Assembly: GCA_001949185.1 (NCBI GenBank)
Contig: BDGG01000002.1
Span: 7,678,448 to 7,742,447 of the forward strand
Length of the DNA stretch: 64,000 bases
Direction: 5' to 3'
Source of the DNA: Ramazzottius varieornatus
Lineage: Eukaryota > Animalia > Tardigrada
The notes below the pieces were generated by a model. That model did no database searches. It was not told the origin of the DNA and was given only the letters and a program-made list of their open reading frames with translations. The position numbers were made by a program, and so were the translations under genes. Numbering within the stretch: position 1 is the first letter of the stretch; every line of letters begins with the position of its first letter. Below, piece by piece: positions 54,144-64,000 of the stretch.

Positions 54144-57100
54144 CCGATGTACGGAGGTTCAGAAATTTTCCGTCCTAGCCGTTCCTGAAATTCCCTGATG
54201 AATCGACAAACGATGACAGAGTGTTTGGGAAGGAACAAAAACGGCGAGTTTTTATCAATGTTCTAGAAATTCCACTCGGAAAATTTGAGCCGGAAGTGAG
54301 GCTGCAAAAGGCCGTGCCGAAGCAGGTGATTTGATTGGTGAAAAGCAATTCTCCCCGCCTCTTCCAGCAGGCTCAAAGTAAAAGCTTGTACCACGTGGCA
54401 ACATTACGTGCAGTGCGACCAATAAAGTCACGTTGGCTGTAATGTTCAAGATGAGAGGAACACGTTCCGCAGAATCCTTAGTATAGGACCTCACACTGAC
54501 TTTAACAGCTTTTCTGTTTCGGCGTTCTTGCGCAATTCTGCCGTTGTGTTCTCTGCTGCTTGTAATCGTTTTTATTCTTTCTGTATAGCTCTGATTAATA
54601 ATGGTTCAGCTTTCGCGGGTCCAGGTCGCGAGAACTGAAAGCCGTAACGTGGTTTACGATAGGACGCAGACGAACCAACCTGCAGTAGGAATTGTGGACT
54701 ATCGATGAGGCACCACCAAGAAGTCGCTTTAGAGACCTAACGAACGAGAAGGAACACCAATTTGACGTGCGACGTTAACCTATCCCAAAACCCAGAACCT
54801 TCCAGTGGCCGGGTCAATATCTAGTCAGTTCAGAGTTTTGTCAAGAATCGCGATAACGTCACTGGAGTGTCAGGTCTTCTTTTGGTTCCCACACGGTGCT
54901 GACACATTGGCGAGCTTCCGACAGATTTCTGTTAAAAGTCATGTAACTCTTATTACACTGCTCCTCCACAACGAAAAAGTGCCGGTTAATTTCTTTCATG
55001 ACGCCATTTTTGCCTCGAAAGAGTAAGCAAGTCATAAATTTTCATGCAGACGAGCGGCGCCGTCAACGCATAAATTTGAACCTTTTGGTTCGCCGCTTCG
55101 CCGGTCATGTATCACTTGGATTGTTTGACAACACCTTATGGATTTTTTATGCCGAAGAGATGACATGCATGAACACGATACTCGATGGGTTTTCCATTCA
55201 TCCACAGCACAAGAAATACTTTTGGCGCAAAGTACGCACAGGTACCATAAAGTGCTGTTGTGGAGCAGACCAAGGACTTGCGCCTCCTTGAAAATTACCG
55301 CTATTCTAGTGAAGCAGGTTTGGTTTTGCTTTGTGGACACGGGGCAGACGTGTGAAAAGGTGGAAAAAGTGGACCATCCTTCCATATCCTTCCGATAAAT
55401 CAAGCCCAGCTGTATTGACATTGCAAGCTAGGTGTTGAACAGGAGAAAGGAAAAAGAAAGTACAAAGATTTCGCCGTACAAAAGAAAGGCTTACACCTGA
55501 TCCGCGCTCTTTCTTCTCCTCCGCATTCCGACCATATTTCTTCCCGTTCGTAAGTGCGTCTTCGCTGGCTTGAACAAGACTACATTTAGCGCGACTCCTG
55601 TCACCTGTAAAATGAAAGTTGAAAGTTAAAACATCAGTGAACTCTGCTTTGAAGAGCAATATTCGACAGCAATATTCGTTTAAAAAATTAATTTCAACAC
55701 AGTCTCAGAGAAAGCCGGGATTACGGTGCACGTGGTTGATAGAACTCTGTGACGGAATATCCTACAATGTTGTCGGCCCCTTATCGAAAGTGTGATACAA
55801 GCCTTCGGCCATCTTCTCGGAGTGACCAGTTTGGGCTTTCATTATCCCAGAACAATATCGGCTGGCAGATATTTCGTCAACGCCCTTATCGGCTTTTATG
55901 GGGTTAACCCGGGTTTCATGTTGCCAGTCGGTCTGAGAAGAGAGAGGAGGGTCCTGATAAGAAGTGAAAGCTGAATAGGAGACGGCTTAAATATTTCCTA
56001 CACATATACTGAATGTGTGCTTTGCTGGGTGGACTTTGTCCGCTCGAATCGATCGTGTGAGAAAGGCTCGGGAGAATGGCTTTGATTTTACACGTCCGTT
56101 AAGACGTCTATTGTTCCATGCGTAGTAAAAGAGCGAGCGAGAAGCGTTATGTAGAAATTTCTGTGGTGATCAATGGAAAGAAGGGCTAGAGGCTGTTTGA
56201 AAGATGAAGCAGGTTCTGAAGAGCCTCTCTAGATGAGAGCAAGAGTGACCAGAGGCCAGTCAGGCACATTTAACGACCAAACTCTCTAGGAAGGGGTAGG
56301 AAAGGCTAGAGAAGAAGCAGAGAAAGTTGATTACCAAGTTTGAAGAGGCTTCGCAAGTGCTCGGAGGCAAGAAAGACCTTCCATCCATCTCCGCCCACGA
56401 CTTTGCTTCGTTCACTGGCGCACTGTGGTTAGCGCGTACTGCACAATCGCCAGCAAGTCTGCAGCAACTCCTCCGCGCTTTCTGTTTGGTTTTGGCCTAC
56501 AATGTAATCGTCGTTCTGTACTCTACCACCAGTGTGTAATATCGCGTGACTCAGATTTGGCTCACAGATACACCGCAGAAGGCTCCATAATCATAACTGG
56601 TTATTTGGAAAGACCGAACAACTGCCATCACGTCGTTCTGGTTTTGCTGTTCTGGCCTCGTCGTGGTTGACTCCTATCGGCATCGTAAGCGTCAATAGTC
56701 GTGTTCTTGTCAAGCGATAAAAATTCCTTGGACCTACAACAAGCTCCTAATCAGTGAGTATCAACACTGAAATATTCCATTCTGAGGAACCGTACCTGCT
56801 ATTTCTGCCGGAATTCGCGAGCACCTGCAAATCTGCCGTCTTCTTGAAATCAATCAAATCAACTGAATCCTGATCGATTGAAGCTGTATCTACTTGTTCA
56901 AATACGGTTGATTGATATGAGACCTTGAATTTGAGAAGACTTTGCCTTGATTGCTGCAGTGGTCCAAGTCTGCAATAGTGTTGTGATGACTTGATTGTTG
57001 CATCCGGCTTGATTGGTTCAGCAACAGCTGGGATTTGTTTTGGATTTTTGGAATATTGGAGCTGTGCCAAGTCATGCCTTATTCCTCCGCAAGTTCGCTG

Positions 57101-57324
57101 TCGCTGGACCGGCATCTTTTCGGCTGACCTACGATGGAAGCGAAATTAGTGGTACGAGAGAGCCCGGAAACTTCAGGCTTTGTCAAAGTGTACAGTTTGG
57201 TAACTTGATCTACTGGCGATTAACCAGCAATGGACTGACCGTGATGGCTGCTTCTCTTACAGGCAAAGGTAAAGTGCTGGACGAGGGAAAGGAAGAAAGC
57301 GGAGGATCAAATGACATAGCCAGG

Positions 57325-60300
57325 ATGATATTAAGGAGTCATCGGCCACCCGACCGGGTGGTCTCCTGGTCCATCCAGATCCTGGCTAGATTCCTCCTCA
57401 TCTTTTGGATATCGGGACTGCCGTGGGCTAGAGCGACACCATTGGATTTCGATAGAAGAGGCTGTCCTGAAGGCTGCACCTGCCTCGACAAATCCATAAC
57501 CTGCAGAAAACGGAACTTCACTGAAATTCCCGTTGACATTTTGCCCTGGTGGACAGAAGCATTGTAAGTGTACAAAATTGTAGATTCAGATACTGAAAAC
57601 TCTTTGCAAGATATTGTAAAAGCAACAGGTAAAATGTCCGGATTCAATCTCGAGACTAACTGAGGATTGTTTCATGGAAAATCGTGCCTCGTGGGCCAAG
57701 TTAGTGGATAGAGGGGGTGAAGCCTTGATTGCTAATTGATAGTTGCCTCAGTGTCTGTTGTCCGGCTTGTTTTTGTCAAAGTCGAACCACTCTGGTCGAA
57801 CCGTCATCATGAAAAAATTTGATGCCTCGTAGATTGTGACGATAAGATTTTTTCAAATGGCTAATAGTTGTGGTATTATCATCAAGCTAATGCTCTAAAA
57901 ATTGGAAGAACGAAAACATGAATGGATTTGAGATAAGATGCGATTAGGATTGCGCAGGCCTCAAGGCGACCCTGGATCCAAATGGCGGGCTTTGTTAGTG
58001 CACAAGGGGCCTAAGTTGATTGATTGAACTGTGGGTGGGTAGTGCGCCACCTTTTCAGGGAAGTGCAGTCCTGATAAACGGAGCAGGAAGTCGTTACTCG
58101 CGCCATCACTTCCGCGCGAGTTTTGAAGAAGTCACCTTATGAATAATGAAAAAAGCAGCTTGATTAATTTCAAAACGTCTCATCTTGTCAAATCCAAGTT
58201 GGCGTGAAATTTCTTTTTGCTTCTGATTAGCGCGGCTGTCGGAGCGACACCGAACGTGCTCGAAACGCCATTTCTGGCCATGCAAGCATGTTTGCTCACC
58301 GCTAATCTGATCCGATTCTTCTCTAGGCTTTCACCACCACCATGCTTCTTGACAAGACCAAAAAGAGCTTGCAGATTCAGGGTCGCACCTGTGGACATTG
58401 TGTTGTGCCGCTTTTAGCAACGATCGTTTTTGTTCGAGGTTTTATAAGAAAAGAAGACGAAAGGCACCGCTAAGAGCAAGCAAACTCTTTCCCTTCCTTT
58501 GAGTTTGAGCTGGTATTGTCATTAGGAGACGAAATGTTCCTCTTGCTCTGATAGGCAATCTTAATCTGCAGATAGATGCTTAATCGAAAGACAATAAAAG
58601 CGAAAGAAGGAAGCATAGGGATGCAAATGGACATTTGGCCACCCGCTTTTTCTCACGCCTCTTCTTCGATCCCAGTCAACTTTCGCACATGTTCCTCGTT
58701 ATGAATTGTCTGTTGATGATACAAGTGCATAAACAGGAAACGTCCATCAATCTTCCTTTTTGTCCCTTGCAGGTATTTACCGAGAAACTTTATCGCCAAC
58801 CTATCCAATGATAACTTAGCAAAACTACCGGCGAACCTTACCATCCTGGATCTTTCCTACAATGGCCTGAACATCTCCGAAGGGATAAATTGGCCACCTC
58901 TGCTGCAAGAGCTGATTCTTCACCACAACAAGATCGAAAAGATCACCAGCAAGATGTTCCTCGGCTTGCCGCACCTGAAAGAACTGTAGGCTAATTTTCA
59001 CGAAAAAAGTCTAAAACTAATCGACAGACTCGGCAGACAAACAGTCACAAGCTCGACGAAATGGTTTTCCAAGTGACGCGCTTTTGCAATGGAACAACAC
59101 TAAAACAAGCGCCGCTTGGAAAAGCAATCTTGTCGGGTTTTCCAAGTGGCGCACTGTTTGGCCAATACCCCTTAGAACTTGTGCCACTTGGAAAAAGCTC
59201 TGGTTGAGGTTTACAAGTGGCGCATTTTTCTACACAATACCACTGACTATGTGCGCCACTTGCGGAAGCATTCCCGTCACATTTGTTTGCCGAGGTCCGG
59301 GCAAATAATTTGGAACGTGAACAATGAAAAAGACCCTGGGAAAGTGACAGTTTCGATAACGTTTGGAATATTGACAGTTGTTGATACGTTACTTTTACGG
59401 ATGTTTGCTAACTTTGCTTCTTCCACCAGGGATCTGAGCCATAACCTTATTGACGATGTCAAGGGTATGGCTTTCCACAAGTTGGGCCAGATGACCAAGC
59501 TGAAACTGAACCACAATCGGCTTCACAGCCTCCGCGACGGTATCCTAGTGGGCGTGGGGACCAACTTGAGGGAACTCCGTCTCGACAACAACTACCTCTA
59601 CGAAATACGGAAAGGCTACCTGTTCCACACTCATGGTCTGCTCAAAGCCAACTTCAGTAACAACCAAATCCGAACGATCGAAGATGGCGTCTGGGGAAAT
59701 GAAGGAGTGTCCAGGATCAGACATATGTAAGTTTGCCTTCGATTTCGGCAAACAGGAGAGTTAGTCAACGACGTATGTGTTTCAGAGACCTGTCGAAGAA
59801 CAAGCTGACCCACATCAAGTCCAAGACCTTCCAATCAGACAAGGGTACGATCGAAAGGATCTACATCAACCGTAACACCATTAACAAGATTGACGACGGC
59901 GCCTTCAGGCATCTGCCGAAGCTGAAAATCCTGTAAGTCCAAATTCGCGCAGCCTGTGACGCCGATGGTTGACTTAAGGGAACGTTGTTCTTACCGTGAC
60001 ATTTTACAGGGACGTCTCGCACAATGTTATTGGCGACGCCTTCGACTCGCCGGCGGAAGCGCCATTCTCCGGGCTAATGGCTCTTCACACATTACGCCTG
60101 GTCAACGTCGATGCCACTATCGTAAGAAGTTGAACGTCCTTCGTTCGTTTTCGCAATCTTATAACAATCTTAAAAAAATAGTCCATAAGCGAGATGTGGG
60201 TCAGATCGCCATTTCAAGTGGCGCACGTTTCCATTGTTATCGGCCGGACGAGTGCGCCACTTGGGAAAACAAGCCGGTAAAAATCATCTGCCGACGTCGC

Positions 60301-63006
60301 ATTTTTGTTTACGATACTGTACTTACTGATTTCTGGTGGTTGAATAAAAGGTGTTCACCGTCTTGAGCAGTCAGTCGCGCTGAACTAAATTGTCTCTTCC
60401 TTACAGATTTCCAACCGCTCTTTCGTCCAGCTGCCAAAGCTGCAGACGCTGAATCTTTTCCAGAACGAAATTCGGATAATCGAGCCTTCCACCTTCGACC
60501 TCATAGGGTCCGCACTACTCGAAGACATCTTCATACAGTCGGAGTCCTTCGTCTGTGACTGCCAGATGAGGAAGCTCCATAAGGACTTACCCAAACGATC
60601 GTATTTCGATTCCACCAACCTGCAGTGTGCTTTTCCTGAAGAGATCCGCGGGGTGAGCTTCAGGGAGCTCAATGCAGCCCAGCTGAAGTGCTTTCCCACC
60701 ACGAAACTCGCCATCGCCCAAGACCCACAACCCGTTACGGCCGTCACCGGCTTCAATACAACCTTCTCCTGCATTATCAGCTTCTCGCCCGAGACTGTAA
60801 CCTTCATTCGATGGCTAAAGAACGGCAACCTCATCACCCAGGTCGAGTCCAGCACGTCCGCCGCTGTCGACGGTAAATCCACGTCTACCCTATACCTCAC
60901 CCAGGTCAACCCGCGCGACGCAGGCGATTACGCTTGTATGGCGCACAGCATCTTCAAGAAGGTCTATTCTCATCCAGCCAGGCTTACAGTCGAAGAGCCT
61001 CCGAGATTCAAGAAAATACCCGACAGTCACGTCACGGTAAGACAAGGAGAGAAAGCTCGATTGGGAGAGTGTTGGGCCATCGGCTTCCCCAACCCGGAAG
61101 TGAGCTGGTCGAAAGATGGCGGAACAACTTTCTTGGCCGCTGCTGATCTGAGGGTCAACTTCCAGATCGGTATGTACTGGTTAGAGATTGCCAGGGTAAA
61201 GTTCGAAGACGCGGGAGTGTATTCTTGCCATGCGAGGAACTCGGCAGGCGAAGCGGTGGCGAACGTAACGCTGACTGTCCAAAACTACACCGAGACTCAG
61301 ACCATGTCAAAGAGAAGTCACACAATCAAGCCAAAAGAGACTGGCGAAACTGTGACGTTAGAGTGTCCCAACCAGGCCAACTGGACGAGGGTCCTGTGGT
61401 ACCAGAACGATAGCATGTTGGAAGAGTCGGAGACTGCACGAAGAGTCGTTTTGGCCGACGGGTTACATATCAAGAACTTGACGGAACAGGACAGCGGCTT
61501 CTACGTGTGTGAGGAAGCCTTGACAGGGGAGAGGGGTCCGTCGTTCACGCTGCAGGTATCGAGGAAGCCCGCTGGGCCTGGTGGCGGTAGCGGTGGTAAG
61601 AAGTCAGATTGGTACCCATGGGGAATGGACAGCACCACGTTCTATGTCGGTGTGGCGGTACTGGCGACTCTCTTCCTCGGGTTGAGTGTCACTCTGATTG
61701 CCGTGGGTGTCCTGTACTGTGGAAGGAAAAGAAGTGATTCCGGTGGATCGTCTACTCGATCAGGTTAGTAAATGCTGATTGATTAGAGAATGTTATAATA
61801 TGCAAAAGGAGTAGCTTTGATGGGAATCGAACTCGTGCCTGCTGGCTGAAACGCGTGATAATCTTGTGCCTACCAGGTACACTACCTAGAAAATTCTGTG
61901 TCATCGAACTTCGCGATGAGATTTGATACTGGTACTTTGTAAGAGAACAGTAGTTCGATTCTCCAAATTACTCTTTTTTTGAAACTTGAAACTAGCTACA
62001 GTACGTTTATTTCGGAAAATTCTTCTTTTCCGACTGACAGTATGGTCATCGAAGCGAGACCGTGTGGTAAGCTGAGCAGAAGCACAGATCTGGATGGTGG
62101 TAGGAGCAAAGTGAGATTAGAGCAGTGGAAGGAAGCGCGGAGGGAAGACAGATAAATACTAGGTAAAGTGGCGGAAGGAAAGGTGTGAGAGGCGGCCACC
62201 AATATCCGATCGCTGCTTCTGTTCGCAGTTTGCTTCGATTTGGCATAGCGCAGACAAGCCTTACCTGTGCTACTGTGCTCCTTGTTTTCAAGTAGAGAGA
62301 CAATTGAACATGGCTTAACAAGCATTTTCTCCTTTCTTTGCAGAGGAAACAGCCTTGCCCGATGAATGTAATCCTATTAACGGTTTGCACCCATCAGTGG
62401 ACAGCAATCTCAATTCACCGATGACCGAATACACTGAATACACTCCCGTGGCGAGTGAATATTCTGTCGGGGATGGCAGATTTCTGATAGCCAATAACGG
62501 TAAGCGCCCAACGACTCTTCCGGCTTGTTTGTTTTGATCTTTTCGCCACACATCTCATTTGATAATAGGTTTTTGATACCACTTAAAAATTTCACGAATG
62601 CTCTGCTGACGGTTTTTGATAACTGAATATTCTCGAATTGAGTGCATGTTTTCAAATATTGTTTAAGGTCGGCATACGAAACGAGTAAGAGTCTTTTTTC
62701 AAGCGGCGCACGTTTTGATTGCCGTTGACTGCAAGCGTGCGCCACTTGGGATGACGATTGTGTGTTCCGTTCCATGTCAGACTTTTCTCTTCTGTATGCT
62801 TTTATCATGGATTTTCTTGTTTTGCAGGTGGGACTTTTGGCGCTCTCGGATCTCAAGCTCGTTGCAAGAGCTATGGTGAATCTTTAGCTGAATCTCAGTC
62901 TTTCGGAAATTACTTGACGCTCAAGCCGGCGCCAAATATTCAAAGCTCCTATTCACCCGTGCCGCAGCGCTCCTACTTGACCATGCCGCGAGTGACCAGA
63001 ATTTAA
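57325..63006 (+). CDS. LRIG: LRR and Ig-domain single-pass receptor (LRIG/lambik-like)
   Basis: Signal peptide, LRRNT CPEGCTC, multiple LRR exons (LDLSYNGL, LKLNHNRL, LRLDNNYL), LRRCT FVCDCQM, three Ig domains including VSWSKDGGTTFLAA, TM helix FYVGVAVLATLFLGLSVTLIAVGVLYC, cytoplasmic exons. Confidence 0.85.
59070..59262. repeat. Family-1 palindromes, tandem triple (LRIG intron)
   Basis: Cores at 59070-59118, 59143-59190 and 59214-59262; spacers 25, 24 and 25 bp, each different in sequence. Confidence 0.92.
60215..60263. repeat. Family-1 palindrome copy (LRIG intron)
   Basis: CAAGTGGCGCAC-N25-GTGCGCCACTTG, perfect arms. Confidence 0.92.
61812..61890 (-). other. Degenerate tRNA-like sequence (tRNA pseudogene or SINE head) in an LRIG intron
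   Basis: Minus strand: A-box-like TAGTGTACCTGGTAGGCAC, B-box GAGTTCGATTCCC, then TTTT; stems imperfect. Confidence 0.45.
62700..62748. repeat. Family-1 palindrome copy (LRIG intron)
   Basis: CAAGCGGCGCAC-N25-GTGCGCCACTTG. Confidence 0.9.
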
Positions 63007-64000
63007 GTGTCTTCTTTTCTGCTGCATTACCTGCCTACTTCTGTTTCTGAGTTATACTCTTTTACCTCTTAGTTGTATTACTTACTTGCATTTTTTGTGC
63101 AGAACGAATCTAATGCCAAAGCGTTGCCGAGTTTACGATTTCTTTTTTGTTGTGTTATAGCCATAGTTGGAATTTCTTGTTTTCCTGGACAGTATTTAGA
63201 AAATTGTAGGATGTACGCACAGGATAAACGTTGATTTCTTACACATACAGCTCGTTGTTGATCGAAGGCTCAAAGTTCCTACTGCAAACATACTAAAGAT
63301 TCGATACAGAATTTACTTTGTGGACAAGCTTGTTGAGAAAGTCCTTCGAGCGACAACTATTTGCGGCTTTACTGACGATCCTAAGTCACGGGCTTGGACG
63401 ATCTTAGGGGTGCACAGTTCGCCAGACTCAGCCGAGGATTTGTCCGGGCTTCTTATGTTACCTCATTTACCTTCTCTACACTTCCTGCCACGGCAAAATT
63501 TTCCGACACGGGGGCAGTATCCACCTGGCCGACAATGTCCAGACCGGCACTGCCAAAGTAAAGGACGCAATGCCGACAGTTACGTTTTACATGACATGCC
63601 ACCATATACAGCGAGAAGCGCCACAGCCTGGTCTCCAGAAGTAGATCCCCGACACGCATAGAATCCTACACAGTCGGGTGCGATACCCCGCGTGGTTCGA
63701 GATCTCTCGATTTCAGTTCGTGCTGCCGCTTAATCTGTCGGCCTTCGAAGAATGTGACCTTACGGAAATCAAGTTCTCCCACACGTTTGATTTTGATGAT
63801 CCAGAATCCCTACGTCGCTCAGCGGGTGGCCTCAAAGGGCGGCAAACCGACATCGTAATCGACACTGTATGACTTCGACCTAGTGTCTGAGATTCTACCC
63901 AACGACAATGGCGAGGACCATGATCGAAAGAGAAGCCTTTTTACTTGAAGAGAGAGTGGTACAGTATCTGCTGGCTAAATGCTTATGTAGTCTCGAGAGA

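Noticed and set aside
58042-58053. GTGCGCCACC half-site (similar ones near 21133 and 56416)
   Set aside because: No partner arm at 24-26 bp, so not counted as family-1 copies.
59070-59262. CRISPR-like look (conserved repeats with fixed-length variable spacers)
   Set aside because: Repeats alternate in orientation, arrays have only 2-3 units, spacers share a loose consensus, the context is spliceosomal introns, and no cas genes are present.

Overview
Eukaryotic, intron-rich animal DNA from a compact genome (most introns about 55-100 bp). The gene density and gene set would fit a tardigrade-like invertebrate, but that is inference only. Intact-looking genes, in order: CABIN1 (5' part, minus), astacin metalloprotease, PTP1B/TC-PTP-type phosphatase, Rho GTPase, glycine-rich CCHC zinc-knuckle (CNBP-like) protein, a type II membrane LDLa/SRCR/serine-protease-homolog (Nudel/Corin-like, catalytically dead), MRTF/myocardin, a secreted Gly/Tyr-rich protein, UBE2E, a KChIP-type calcium sensor, class II CPD photolyase and an LRIG-type LRR-Ig receptor. 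The 3.5-15 kb region is transposon-rich: a decayed intron-containing hAT transposase, two non-autonomous hAT elements with 8-bp TSDs, and several decayed ORFs. The most striking unexplained signal is a dispersed family of fixed-geometry palindromes, CAAGTGGCGCAC-N25-GTGCGCCACTTG. It has 19 copies, 17 of them in introns of six unrelated genes, with outer CGGCAAA/TTTGCCG motifs about 23 bp further out and tandem periods of 71-74 bp. A second intronic family, ACCTGCATAC-N30-GTATGCAGGT, has a different sequence but almost the same ~50-bp span. Exon boundaries were read by eye from GT-AG signals and are approximate.
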